Below are positions 1-7,999 of a DNA stretch of 16,881 nt, piece by piece (within the stretch, counting starts at the first letter, position 1; every line of letters starts with the position of its first letter). The DNA lies in IMG/VR virus record IMGVR_UViG_3300005529_000001, positions 1-16,881 of that record, one strand, 5' to 3'. The notes under the pieces are model-generated. The model did not search any database. It saw nothing but the letters and a program-made list of their open reading frames with translations, and was not told where the DNA came from. The position numbers and the translations under genes are program-made. This stretch comes from a virus.

Positions 1-55
1 GCGTTCACTTGTTCCTGTGTCACCTTCCGGCGAGCATGCTTGATCTTCTTGTCTT

Positions 56-382
56 TCACTTCAATCTCTCGCTCGCTTTGATCGCCTGTTCGTGACTACT
101 CCCGATCATCTTATACAAGTCTTCGGGTGACCATCCTGGTAGTGCCGTTCCTGTCGAGTGAAAGACCTCAGCTTTCTGGTGACACGGCGGGCACAACGAG
201 ATGCCATTTTCCTTGACGTAGCCACCGTTTGGCATCAGGTTTCGATCGGTGATGTGATGAGCATCGAGCTCCACTTCACCCGGTCGGATGAGAGCCCAAC
301 CACAACCCCGACACCGGCTGTTGTCGCGATGAAACACGGCATTGCGAAATCGCTCTCTGACCAGCTTTTTCTCGCTTGACAT
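56..382 (-). CDS. HNH endonuclease (small, about 108 aa)
   Basis: ORF frame with CxxC...HH...N...CxxC-H signature (CRGCGW...DAHHITDRNLMPNGGY...CPPCH). Internal ATG at 380-382 is preceded by AGGTGA 6 nt upstream. The longer GTG-initiated version up to 646 is unsupported. Confidence 0.7.
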   Translation of the reverse strand: MSSEKKLVRERFRNAVFHRDNSRCRGCGWALIRPGEVELDAHHITDRNLMPNGGYVKENGISLCPPCHQKAEVFHSTGTALPGWSPEDLYKMIGSSHEQAIKASERLK

Positions 383-766
383 CGCATCACCTGAACAGCA
401 TGCAAAACTCTTCCCACCTACGTCGCCAGATCGCTCGTCTCTGAGCCCGACGAGCTTGGCGCTTTCGCTCTTTGGCTTCTTGTTCCTGTGTGCACTGCTG
501 GCACCAGCGGCCAGCACCATTCTGACAGTTGTGCTTCCAGCACCACGGGATGCAGAAACAAGAATCAGGTGGGTTGCCGCAGTTGAAACACTCGAACATT
601 TGAACTCTTGGCGGTGACGTCCCGCTTCAGGACTGCACCGTACCACACTGGGTTGCAGTTATGCATTAGTCTGTAGTTCGATACGTTCACCTTAGCGAGT
701 CACCCGCTTATGCCAGGCGCAAGGACCCGAGCGACCGTCGGCGATGGTTACTTGCGTCTTCCTGGG

Positions 767-837
767 AGCGACCGACGGGGTTCGAACCCGTGCCTGCAAG
801 TTGGGAACCTGCATTGCTACCACTACACCACGGTCGC
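767..837 (-). tRNA. tRNA-Gly(CCC)
   Basis: T-arm acggg/gttcgaa/cccgt at 775-791. Perfect 7-bp acceptor (768-774 vs 831-837). Anticodon loop reads TTCCCAA in tRNA sense. Discriminator U. CCA encoded at 764-766. D-stem imperfect. Confidence 0.6.
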
Positions 838-903
838 GTTTCGCTTTCACCTACGCCCCCTCCGGGTCATACCCAGCGGGGGTTTGGGAGTGGTTACTTG
901 CGG

Positions 904-975
904 AGCGGGCAACGGGATTCGAACCCGTGACACCCTGCTTGGAAGGCAGGAACTCTACCGCTGAGTTATGCCCGC
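904..975 (-). tRNA. tRNA-Gly(UCC)
   Basis: T-arm 912-928. Acceptor 905-911 pairs with 969-975. Anticodon stem cctgc/gcagg with loop CTTCCAA. Canonical D-arm. Confidence 0.8.
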
Positions 976-993
976 ATGTCTTTAACTATCTTA

Positions 994-1869
994 CTACGCA
1001 GCTACGTCTCCGTTCAACTTGGTGCTCAGAGCCTGGTAACGTACCAGGATGTCGGTCTGGTCTTCCAGCACCGCTCGTTGGTGTGAGAAAGCGAAGTGAC
1101 AAACCACTGCATCTCCAACGATCCACAGCGGTTTCAATAACTGTTCTGGGATCCGAGTCGTCAGTTCCACTTCGTCACGGGGGCCCACCTGACCGCCAAA
1201 CCTCTTGAATGATTCTCCGGTCCATGCCATCGTACCGATGCGTTGCCGGCCGGTGATGTAGTGAGAATCAAAATAGAGATCCTCGACGTGGTTGGTCTCA
1301 GCAAGCTCAAGAAAGCGCTTGTGGATGTGTGCTGCAAACTCGCCGTTGGTGCACGCGATTGGGCACCGTGGGTCACCAGTCGAGTGACCGAGATCGACGT
1401 CTAGGGTCCCCCTGTCCTGTTGCAGCTTTGACGTGTATGGGATGTTGAAGACATTACCAACGCAAGCGTAGTTGTGAGGCTCCCGATCGATGACAGCCCC
1501 GAACATGTTCTGGAAGAACTCATCATGCACGTAACAGATGTCATCATCGATCTTGCAATACAACGTGTTGGGTTCGATGCAATCAGAGTAGAACCTGTAG
1601 ATCGAGTCGTTGAACTGGTAGTGGTTACGTTTGGCGTCGTACAGGGCTTTGTTCAGCTGCCCCTTCGGCATCGATCGCTTGACCTTTGGGAATGTCTGTT
1701 CCATTCTCGCGAAGTACTCGAGGTCGCTCTCCACGTCGGTGTTGACCCACAACCTGACCTCATCAATGATGCCAGCATGACGGTCAGCCAAGAGGTACGG
1801 GAGCAACACCCTGAGGTACCGGTAACGGCCCGAAGGCACGCAAATGACGACCTTTCGTCCTTGGAACAT
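994..1869 (-). CDS. hypothetical protein, possibly GT-A-like glycosyltransferase (DxD motif)
   Basis: 291-aa ORF with ATG at 1867-1869. N-terminal VVICVPSGRY...LL and KIDDDICYV (DxD) are reminiscent of nucleotide-sugar transferases. Function not established. Confidence 0.55.
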   Translation of the reverse strand: MFQGRKVVICVPSGRYRYLRVLLPYLLADRHAGIIDEVRLWVNTDVESDLEYFARMEQTFPKVKRSMPKGQLNKALYDAKRNHYQFNDSIYRFYSDCIEPNTLYCKIDDDICYVHDEFFQNMFGAVIDREPHNYACVGNVFNIPYTSKLQQDRGTLDVDLGHSTGDPRCPIACTNGEFAAHIHKRFLELAETNHVEDLYFDSHYITGRQRIGTMAWTGESFKRFGGQVGPRDEVELTTRIPEQLLKPLWIVGDAVVCHFAFSHQRAVLEDQTDILVRYQALSTKLNGDVAA

Positions 1870-1884
1870 GCCAGATTATACCAC
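1870..1884 (-). promoter_or_regulatory. extended -10 promoter-like element (TGGTATAAT) directly upstream of the 1869 start, possibly leaderless
   Basis: Minus-strand sense reads ...TAGGTGAACGTGGTATAATCTGGC-ATG. TGn-TATAAT lies 5 nt before the ATG and no SD is present. Confidence 0.35.
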
Positions 1885-1950
1885 GTTCACCTATGGCGGC
1901 CAGTGTCGTTATCTGTTAGCTGGTGCACGCTTACGACTGGTTACTCGTGG

Positions 1951-2022
1951 AGCGGATGACGGGGCTCGAACCCGTGACATTGTGCTTGGCAAGCACACAT
2001 TCTACCACTGAATTACATCCGC
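1951..2022 (-). tRNA. tRNA-Gly(GCC)
   Basis: T-arm 1959-1975. Acceptor 1952-1958 vs 2016-2022. Anticodon stem tgtgc/gcaca with loop TTGCCAA. CCA encoded at 1948-1950. Sense sequence closely resembles canonical bacterial tRNA-Gly. Confidence 0.8.
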
Positions 2023-2046
2023 AATGATCGTAACTATACAACACGG

Positions 2047-2134
2047 AGGAAGCGAAGGGATTCGAACCCTTGGGAGCCCAAGGGGCTCCACCAGCTTTCC
2101 AAGCTGGCCGTTTCAACCTCTCACGCACGCTTCC
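2047..2134 (-). tRNA. tRNA-Ser(GGA), type II
   Basis: T-arm 2055-2071. Acceptor ggaagcg 2048-2054 vs cgcttcc 2128-2134. Long variable arm. Anticodon stem ccagc/gctgg with loop TTGGAAA. 88 nt. Confidence 0.8.
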
Positions 2135-2137
2135 ATG

Positions 2138-2335
2138 TCACAGTTGTCTTGCTAGCTCATACTGCTCCTGTCGCAGGAGCTCAATCGCCGCATCGCCGAC
2201 GAAACACAAGCTGTTTTTGTTATCTTCAGCTTCGCGGATCATCTCCTTGATGTGTTTAGCACGCTCAAGAAGACGTTCCCTGGTAGTTGGATTGCGGCCC
2301 CCGAACACGTCTGTTTTCAAGCACATCAGGCACAT
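2138..2335 (-). CDS. hypothetical small protein
   Basis: 65-aa ORF between tRNA-Ser(GGA) and the upstream gene. Weak SD. Coiled C-terminus. Confidence 0.35.
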   Translation of the reverse strand: MCLMCLKTDVFGGRNPTTRERLLERAKHIKEMIREAEDNKNSLCFVGDAAIELLRQEQYELARQL

Positions 2336-2350
2336 GTTGTAACTTACCGT

Positions 2351-2878
2351 TCAGTTGGAGCTGTGTTTCTTTGACTTGACTGGTGGTTTGGGACGGAGCG
2401 TGTTCCACAACGCTTCTTGGTCTTCGTACGAGTCATGGACCATGCGCACGAAGTCTTCAGCTCGTGACATCGGCAGGATGAGAAAGGTTCCCTTGGGCAA
2501 ACGATTTTTGTTGGGTCGACCCGGGTACCGAGTCTGGCCTGGTTGCAATCCATCTTCAGCGTGGGAACCAACGTACGAAGCGAGCGACAACGTTGGGTGC
2601 TTGCTGTTTCGTAACTCAGCGCCCATGTCCTCAAGATCATCACCAAAGCCGCCCAAGTCGTAGTCAGATACATCAAAGGCGTACTTTTCATCACTTTCGG
2701 GATCGAATCCCGGGAGAAACGATCCGTCATCAGGACCAAAATCTGAGGGTTCACCGCAACGAGCGCATTGCTCACCGTGTATCCCGCTGGTTTTCTGGTC
2801 AAAACCACACCGACCACATGACCAGGTCGCAACAGCCTCCTGAACCAAACGGCGAAGCATTGCAAGACGGATCCGCAT
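2351..2878 (-). CDS. hypothetical acidic zinc-ribbon protein
   Basis: Internal ATG at 2876-2878 starts immediately after the tRNA-Ser(CGA) 3' end. Two CxxC pairs (CGRCG...CARCG) followed by a D/E-rich tail. The N-terminal extension in the ORF track is a read-through of the tRNA (RGSNP peptide). Confidence 0.5.
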   Translation of the reverse strand: MRIRLAMLRRLVQEAVATWSCGRCGFDQKTSGIHGEQCARCGEPSDFGPDDGSFLPGFDPESDEKYAFDVSDYDLGGFGDDLEDMGAELRNSKHPTLSLASYVGSHAEDGLQPGQTRYPGRPNKNRLPKGTFLILPMSRAEDFVRMVHDSYEDQEALWNTLRPKPPVKSKKHSSN

Positions 2879-2892
2879 CGCAGTAACTATGG

Positions 2893-2983
2893 AGGAAGGG
2901 AGGGGATTCGAACCCCTGGGAGCCCTCACGGGCCCCTCTCGCTTTCGAGGCGAGCGCCTTAAGCCAGACTCAGCCACCCTTCC
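2893..2983 (-). tRNA. tRNA-Ser(CGA), type II
   Basis: T-arm 2901-2917. Acceptor ggaaggg vs cccttcc (2977-2983). Anticodon stem ctcgc/gcgag with loop CTCGAAA. CCA encoded at 2890-2892. 91 nt. Confidence 0.8.
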
Positions 2984-2989
2984 AGTCGT

Positions 2990-3250
2990 TCAAATGCAAG
3001 ACTGTTTGCGATTCGATGCCCAACCCATGTCAACCGCATACGCATCCCGCGTCATCTTCAACGATTGTTTGGCAGTGAGCCAGTGATGTGGGTACACCGT
3101 GAAGTGGGTGATGTGACCGCACGCTGGACACTCGTGTTCGTACTCTCCGGGTTGGAACACCATCATTGATGGCGGCAGGTGTTCACGAGATTGGCACGGG
3201 TGAAAACGCTTGTCACAGGGGTCGATGTCTCTGATCTTTCGTGTGGGCAT
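2990..3250 (-). CDS. hypothetical small Cys/His zinc-finger protein
   Basis: 86-aa ORF with ATG at 3248-3250. Motifs CDKRFHPC...HECPACGH. Confidence 0.45.
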   Translation of the reverse strand: MPTRKIRDIDPCDKRFHPCQSREHLPPSMMVFQPGEYEHECPACGHITHFTVYPHHWLTAKQSLKMTRDAYAVDMGWASNRKQSCI

Positions 3251-3286
3251 TGTTTTTCTTTTGTTGTAGACCCATTGGGTCGTTAG

Positions 3287-3375
3287 AGGAGGGTGAGGGA
3301 TTCGAACCCCCGGGACCCCTTTCGAGGTCCTTCCGCTTTCAAGGCGGCTGCCTTAGGCCACTCAGCCAACCCTCC
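3287..3375 (-). tRNA. tRNA-Ser(UGA), type II
   Basis: T-arm 3295-3311 with one G-U. Acceptor 3288-3294 vs 3369-3375. Variable-arm hairpin ggacc/ggtcc. Anticodon loop CTTGAAA. Confidence 0.75.
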
Positions 3376-3383
3376 ACGTGAGA

Positions 3384-3590
3384 CTACTTTCGTTTCCCCT
3401 TCTTGGTCTTTGCAGATTGTTCTTGGTACATGTCTGGATGTTCTTGCGCGGTGTGTTCGTGATAGCAGTGGACGCACACCGTCGCCGGGCACTTGAGACA
3501 CAGCCACATCTCAGACGAGTCATTGGCGGGCCCGCGCTGGGGTGCGCTGACCTGGACGACCTTTTCACCGCAGTTAGGACAGGGGATCAT
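3384..3590 (-). CDS. zinc-ribbon protein
   Basis: 68-aa ORF (CPNCG...CLKCP...CVHCYHEH). Its ATG overlaps the stop of the upstream HNH gene (ATGA at 3587-3590), consistent with translational coupling. Confidence 0.5.
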   Translation of the reverse strand: MIPCPNCGEKVVQVSAPQRGPANDSSEMWLCLKCPATVCVHCYHEHTAQEHPDMYQEQSAKTKKGKRK

Positions 3591-4006
3591 CGTTTCTTAT
3601 GACCGAACGTGGGCGTCTGAGAATGACAATTAGGGCACAACAAGCGCAAGTTCTCGAGGAGATGATTCGATGGTTGACCATCACGGTGATCGAGTTGAAG
3701 CGTGATAGGCAAACCGTTCCAGTCAACAATCCCACACCCTTCGCACTTGTACTCCTTCAACCCTTCCTTGACGAGTCGTTTCGCAAGTTTATGTGTAGGG
3801 TAGCCAGGGTGTTTTCCAGCGAGAATTTCTTGAAGAGGAATTTTGAGTCGGAAACCACCGTTCGTTCTTTGATAAACGCCGAAGTCTCGAGCTCGACGTT
3901 CGAAAATTCCCTGACTGACACCACTACGCATCGCTGCTTCGCGAACGTTGTTGCTGGTATTGAGCAGATGTTCAATCTGTTCTTTCGTAAGACCGTCATC
4001 AACCAT
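3587..4006 (-). CDS. HNH homing-type endonuclease
   Basis: Classic HNH core (CEGCG...LQLDHRDGQPSNHLLENLRLLCPNCH) with an upstream HTH-like region. Internal ATG at 4004-4006. The longer ORF runs into the tRNA-Ser(GCU) T-arm. Confidence 0.75.
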   Translation of the reverse strand: MVDDGLTKEQIEHLLNTSNNVREAAMRSGVSQGIFERRARDFGVYQRTNGGFRLKIPLQEILAGKHPGYPTHKLAKRLVKEGLKEYKCEGCGIVDWNGLPITLQLDHRDGQPSNHLLENLRLLCPNCHSQTPTFGHKKR

Positions 4007-4009
4007 GGG

Positions 4010-4098
4010 AGGAAGCGGAGGGATTCGAACCCTCGGGAGCCCTTCCGGGCCCCACTCGGTTAGCAACCGAGCGCCTTAAGCCTCTCGACCACGCTTCC
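4010..4098 (-). tRNA. tRNA-Ser(GCU), type II
   Basis: T-arm 4018-4034. Acceptor ggaagcg vs cgcttcc (4092-4098). Anticodon stem ctcgg/ccgag with loop TTGCTAA. Confidence 0.8.
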
Positions 4099-4114
4099 AA
4101 TTTGCAGATATTAG

Positions 4115-4187
4115 TCGGCGCAGCGTGATTTGAACACGCGACATCCCGCTTGTAGGGCGGGCGCTTCTACCCCTGAGCTATGCGCCG
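4115..4187 (-). tRNA. tRNA-Val(UAC)
   Basis: T-arm gcgtg/atttgaa/cacgc at 4123-4139. Acceptor 4116-4122 vs 4181-4187. Anticodon stem cccgc/gcggg. Loop CCTACAA has C at position 33. Confidence 0.7.
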
Positions 4188-4196
4188 TCGCTGCTC

Positions 4197-4586
4197 TCAG
4201 AGCAGCGGTAAGTGTCCGGTGATCTTGTCGAGCTCTTCGACCTTGCACGGGCCGAAAGCAGCGCAGGTCAGGGTGGGGACACCATGGAACTCTGTCTTAC
4301 CGGCATCGATGATCGGGTGGACTTCGATGTCAGCTAGCTCTGCTCTGAAGATGAGGTCACGCAGTTCCTCTTCGCTGCCACAGCGGACGACAGCCTTGGT
4401 GAACGACCCGGACAGGAGCCACTGAGCCTCTTCAAGCGAGAGCTTGACAACGATCTCATCGCCACGCTCGCTTTCGTTGTTGTCAACGAGGAACTTCATT
4501 GCGGCGTGAGCACCTTGGGCGATCATCTTGCCCTTACGCATGTTCAGATCGGTGCGTACAACGATGACTTGCTTCACGTCGCTCAT
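4197..4586 (-). CDS. pth2: peptidyl-tRNA hydrolase, PTH2 family
   Basis: MSDVKQVIVVRTDLNMRKGKMIAQGAHAA... and C-terminal ...IIDAGKTEFHGVPTLTCAAFGP...ITGHLPLL match the PTH2 fold signature. ATG at 4584-4586 is preceded by GGAGGT with 5-nt spacing. The N-terminal extension in the ORF track reads through tRNA-Val(GAC). Confidence 0.85.
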   Translation of the reverse strand: MSDVKQVIVVRTDLNMRKGKMIAQGAHAAMKFLVDNNESERGDEIVVKLSLEEAQWLLSGSFTKAVVRCGSEEELRDLIFRAELADIEVHPIIDAGKTEFHGVPTLTCAAFGPCKVEELDKITGHLPLL

Positions 4587-4630
4587 AGCTACCTCCAGGT
4601 TTTCAAAGAACGCCACGTCCGAAGACGTGG

Positions 4631-4702
4631 TGACCCGTGTTGGATTCGAACCAACGACCACCTGCTTGTCGAGCAGGTGCGCTACCGCTGCGCCAACGGG
4701 CC
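4631..4702 (-). tRNA. tRNA-Val(GAC)
   Basis: T-arm 4639-4655. Acceptor 4632-4638 vs 4696-4702 with one G-U. Anticodon loop TCGACAA. CCA at 4628-4630. Confidence 0.8.
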
Positions 4703-4751
4703 TTGAAGAAGGTGTGTCCAGGTTCATGGTACACCTTCAAGTAAGTATCGA

Positions 4752-5147
4752 TCAGGTCTGGCGACTGTCTGCACCCGGGCGTTTCGAGCGTTCCTCTGCC
4801 CGACGGTCCTTGGCCTTCAGGCGCCCACCTGTCACCGTTTCGGGCGCTTCCGTGACCTGAACCGGGGTTGCATCCTTCGAAGCTTCCCTGGCTTTTCTGG
4901 TGGGCTTGGAGGGGTTGTCGATCAGGTCCTGGAGCCGAGCGCGTTGGGCCTTAGCCCCGACGCCCTTGCCCAGCCGCGAATCGAGCGCAGCAAGCTGAGC
5001 CTTCGGGCTCAGGGCTGACCACACCCCCTGTCGCTCCTTGGCTTCCTTGCGCCGGAGCTCGATGTTGGCCGGGTTGTGGCGTCGCCCGCCGACGCCCGGG
5101 TAACGTCGCTTCGAGTTGTCCTTCTTGCCTGACTTCGTGCTTTCCAT
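4752..5147 (-). CDS. hypothetical highly basic protein
   Basis: 131-aa K/R-rich ORF. ATG at 5145-5147 is preceded by GGAAGG 7 nt upstream. Sits in a GC-rich region where other frames are also open. Confidence 0.45.
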   Translation of the reverse strand: MESTKSGKKDNSKRRYPGVGGRRHNPANIELRRKEAKERQGVWSALSPKAQLAALDSRLGKGVGAKAQRARLQDLIDNPSKPTRKAREASKDATPVQVTEAPETVTGGRLKAKDRRAEERSKRPGADSRQT

Positions 5148-5150
5148 GTG

Positions 5151-5375
5151 TTACCTTCCGTATGTTGGGTCCTGGTGATCGAGATCGCGAGGGTTTCTTG
5201 CGGGAGGGCTTGGGCACACAGGGGCGACGTAGACGTACTTGTCTTCGACCTCGTGCGTGCATGGGTCACGTCGAGGCGTCTTGGGGATGTCCCACTCGCC
5301 AACGCAACCCACCAACGACGCCAACAACACGGCCCAAACGAGCGTCCGCATGGTGGAATCGTACCACTGCAACAT
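5151..5375 (-). CDS. small secreted or lipoprotein-like protein
   Basis: Start ATG at 5373-5375 (or 5349-5351). The N-terminus has a hydrophobic signal-like segment (VWAVLLASLVGC). The upstream ORF extension overlaps tRNA-Arg(UCU). Confidence 0.35.
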   Translation of the reverse strand: MLQWYDSTMRTLVWAVLLASLVGCVGEWDIPKTPRRDPCTHEVEDKYVYVAPVCPSPPARNPRDLDHQDPTYGR

Positions 5376-5389
5376 CACGCTTTCACTTG

Positions 5390-5464
5390 TACCCCCGACA
5401 GGATTCGAACCTGTATGTTTCCGCTTAGAAGGCGGATGCCTAAGTCCGTTCGCGCCACGGGGGC
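5390..5464 (-). tRNA. tRNA-Arg(UCU)
   Basis: T-arm acagg/attcgaa/cctgt. Acceptor has a G1-U72 wobble. Anticodon stem tccgc/gcgga with loop CTTCTAA. D-arm could not be folded cleanly by eye. Confidence 0.6.
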
Positions 5465-5596
5465 ATTTCACACGTTCACCTACAGTCCATCGCGGGAATT
5501 GCACCCGCACCCCCTGGATTTCAGCCAAGTGTGCTACTGTTACTACCAGACGGCTCAGAGACCCGCTCCGTTAGGAGCTTTGGGTTACTGGTGTGG

Positions 5597-5669
5597 TCTC
5601 ACCGGCGAGAGTCGAACTCGCGGCTTTCACCTTCGGAGGGTGACACTCTGTCCACTGAGTTACGGTGAG
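5597..5669 (-). tRNA. tRNA-Arg(CCG)
   Basis: T-arm 5605-5621. Acceptor ctcaccg vs cggtgag. Anticodon loop CTCCGAA. CCA at 5594-5596. Confidence 0.8.
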
Positions 5670-5765
5670 ATGTCGGGATCTTTCAACTGTTGCCGGACTC
5701 GCACCGGTTGAGCGACTCTTTGATGCGCCTCGTCTTAGTTGATCGTTTACTGGATCCCTGTTTGG

Positions 5766-5839
5766 TCTCCGAGGAGGGATTCGAACCCCCGACGTCCGCC
5801 TTAGGAGTGCGGCATTCTGTCCAGCTGAATTACTCGGAG
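5766..5839 (-). tRNA. tRNA-Arg(CCU)
   Basis: T-arm 5774-5790. Acceptor ctccgag vs ctcggag. Anticodon loop CTCCTAA. CCA at 5763-5765. Confidence 0.75.
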
Positions 5840-5987
5840 AGTTTTGCCGGATCATCGCCCGGTCGCTTACTCTTAATGTTGTGACCTCTTGTGGAATGGA
5901 TCAACACGTTACCAACATCGCATTTCACATTCACCTATGTGGGTACAAACCACTGCGACGGGCGAACCCGCCATCGGACTTCAGTTG

Positions 5988-6659
5988 TTACTTGGCGATG
6001 TCTTTGATGAAGCGAGGGTAGTGCTCGTCATGGACGGCTTTCAGCTTCGCTTGCAAGTCTTGGAACCTACCCTCAAATGGTTCCAATTTCTCGCTCTTTT
6101 CGAAGATCTTGCCGCCTTCAGTCAGGTATGCTTGGACCTCATCGTAGAAAGTCTTCTCAGTGTAACCCTTAGCGAACAGGACCTCACGCATCAGGTCCAA
6201 CAACTCCGGGTCCGTCATGTGGATGATACCCAGGCACCGGTCGCGGTAGCTGTGGTCAAGGTAGAACATCGCATGTGTCATCTCGTGGACATCAAGCACC
6301 CCATCATCCATGACACCGATCAGATATGCTTCACGAGTCTCCATCTTGATGAGACGGTAGATCGCATACATCAGCTGGTCATACTGGTTTGGGTCCTCTA
6401 GGCCCATGTCAAACACCTGTTTGATGACCTCGACCGGGATGTTGAAACCGCCCCAATCACCCGAGGCATAGCTGAAGTGCCCGTCTTCGCCTTGTTCTTT
6501 TGAGTACCACGTCATGAACTCAGCGATCGTGAACTTCTTGTCATGGTACCGTGGGCTCTCGTAGAACTCCTGGTAGCGCAAGAAAGTCATGCACATCTGG
6601 AACGAGTCGTTGAAACGTAGCTCGTAAACTCCTTCGCGAAGCTTGCTGAATTTGAACAT
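5988..6659 (-). CDS. HExxH motif protein (putative zinc metallohydrolase)
   Basis: About 223-aa ORF starting at ATG 6657-6659. Contains VLDVHEMTHAMFYLDH (HExxH...H). Family not recognised by eye. Confidence 0.55.
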   Translation of the reverse strand: MFKFSKLREGVYELRFNDSFQMCMTFLRYQEFYESPRYHDKKFTIAEFMTWYSKEQGEDGHFSYASGDWGGFNIPVEVIKQVFDMGLEDPNQYDQLMYAIYRLIKMETREAYLIGVMDDGVLDVHEMTHAMFYLDHSYRDRCLGIIHMTDPELLDLMREVLFAKGYTEKTFYDEVQAYLTEGGKIFEKSEKLEPFEGRFQDLQAKLKAVHDEHYPRFIKDIAK

Positions 6660-6785
6660 GGTTGTAGGTGATTGACGTTCACCTCTTCGGAGTTTCACCG
6701 ACTTCGCGTACTCACCCAGCCTTAAAAGCGACCGAGCTTTCGACTGCCGATCCCGGCGAGTTTATGTTGGTTACTCTGTCAATCG

Positions 6786-6868
6786 TACCGACGAAGGGAT
6801 TCGAACCCCCACGCCCTTGCGGGCACTGCGACCTGAACGCAGCGTGTCTACCGTTCCACCACGTCGGC
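6786..6868 (-). tRNA. tRNA-Leu(CAG), type II
   Basis: T-arm 6794-6810. Acceptor has a G1-U72. Variable-arm hairpin gccc/gggc. Anticodon stem ctgcg/cgcag with loop TTCAGGT. Confidence 0.7.
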
Positions 6869-6883
6869 GTGGCTACACTCTAC

Positions 6884-7438
6884 TTAACCCTCTTCTCGTT
6901 TGCACTCATCACGGACCTCCATGAGGATGCGTCCGAGCCAGTTCGAACCCTTCCCGCGGCAAACGCCCCAGAACGTGTCATTCCACCAGTTGCCCTCAAC
7001 GAGCTTTGCATCACCCGTTGCCAGCAACATCGCTCGGAATAACGGGTTCTTGAACTTCTCCTGGACGAGCTGGCGCATCAGAGCGACTTTTGTCGATTCC
7101 CAATCACGGGGGAGCGAAGCTGCCTTGCCTAATTTCTTAGCTTCTCCAGGCGTCTTGGCGTTCCTAACCAGCTCGTGCCCACTGCCTTCTTTGCCAAACT
7201 TGAAAGCTTGGTATGCGTGTTCGACTGACGGGTAACGTAGACCGTTGACCCAGATCGATGACTCGTGGAAGTTGCTCAAGAAACCGAAGTCACCCCTGAA
7301 GGAGTCAATCACCGTCTCCGAGATCAAAGTCTCTGATGTCCGCGGGAGGGTCGGGAGCTGGGGTTGCTGATGGTCCACCTTCGTTGATGCTTCGTTTGAT
7401 GGCAGCGATGAGTTCTTCGGTTTGTCGTTGTTGCTCAC
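6884..7438 (-). CDS. NADAR (YbiA/DUF1768-like) domain protein
   Basis: FRGDFGFLSNF...YPSVEHAYQAFKF...TPGEAKKLGK...TGDAKLVEGNWWNDTFWG...GSNWLGRILMEVR is a near-textbook NADAR signature. The ATG at 7438 has a strong GGAGG SD but overlaps the upstream gene by 134 nt. A GTG at 7310-7312 is an alternative start. Confidence 0.75.
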   Translation of the reverse strand: MSNNDKPKNSSLPSNEASTKVDHQQPQLPTLPRTSETLISETVIDSFRGDFGFLSNFHESSIWVNGLRYPSVEHAYQAFKFGKEGSGHELVRNAKTPGEAKKLGKAASLPRDWESTKVALMRQLVQEKFKNPLFRAMLLATGDAKLVEGNWWNDTFWGVCRGKGSNWLGRILMEVRDECKREEG

Positions 7439-7982
7439 GTTCGTCCTCCGGGATGATGTGATTGATCGCGTAATAGAAGAGTGAACTGAAACCGGGAGCG
7501 TACTCTTCGAGCTCCGCTTCGAAGTAATTGCAACGCTTCAGAGCAGCTGCGGCTTCACGTGGGTTGCCCAAGTCAAACCTGACCAATGCAGGTTGGCATC
7601 GCTTGATAACTCGCCAGTATGCCGCGGCAGCATCATCAAACGCGTAAAACGCGCGGTACCAGTGCTTGTCACCCTTGTTGAAGTAGGTGGGTTGGTCTAC
7701 AGATGTCGGCCCAACGTTGCCCAAGTTGTGGTTGTATGATGCTCGCCCAGCTGCGTTCTCAAACGCTACCTGACCCCAGGCCATCGCAAGACGGTTCTTG
7801 CTGGGGTAGCTGCCAAAAACTTTCAGGTGACCGTCACGCAACGCTTGCAGCAGCTCCAGTTGAGTTAGTGGCGTCTTCACCGTTTCTACGTGTTCTCGCT
7901 TGGGTGGCTCCGCTTGTGCAGATCCGAGAGTGCAGCTGAACACAACAGTGATCAACGCGAAGAGCTTCTTCGCCCGGGACAT
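7305..7982 (-). CDS. secreted peptidoglycan hydrolase, glucosaminidase (GH73/FlgJ-like) family
   Basis: N-terminal signal peptide (MSRAKKLFALITVVFSCTLGSAQA). AMAWGQVAFENAAGRASYNHNLGNVG resembles the glucosaminidase catalytic region. Confidence 0.55.
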   Translation of the reverse strand: MSRAKKLFALITVVFSCTLGSAQAEPPKREHVETVKTPLTQLELLQALRDGHLKVFGSYPSKNRLAMAWGQVAFENAAGRASYNHNLGNVGPTSVDQPTYFNKGDKHWYRAFYAFDDAAAAYWRVIKRCQPALVRFDLGNPREAAAALKRCNYFEAELEEYAPGFSSLFYYAINHIIPEDEREQQRQTEELIAAIKRSINEGGPSATPAPDPPADIRDFDLGDGD

Positions 7983-7999
7983 TGACTCAATCTACTAAG

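Noticed and set aside
2351-2977. Long minus-strand ORFs (for example 2351-2977, 3587-4066, 4197-4727, 5151-5528, 5571-5855, 11881-12108, 12663-12944, 14320-14577, 14631-14888, 14953-15138) that extend across tRNA genes
   Set aside because: Their extensions translate tRNA T-arms (recurrent GSNP/GFEP/RIPP peptides) and run through complete tRNA genes. Internal starts just downstream of the tRNA were used instead, or the ORF was discarded.
4752-5147. Possibility that the basic 131-aa protein is the RNase P protein subunit RnpA
   Set aside because: It lacks the RNR motif and the characteristic RnpA N-terminal pattern. Kept as a hypothetical basic protein.
6951-6962. GTTCGAACCC T-loop-like string inside the NADAR coding region
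   Set aside because: It lies on the wrong strand for the array, has no flanking acceptor or anticodon structure, and is within a well-conserved CDS. Considered coincidental.
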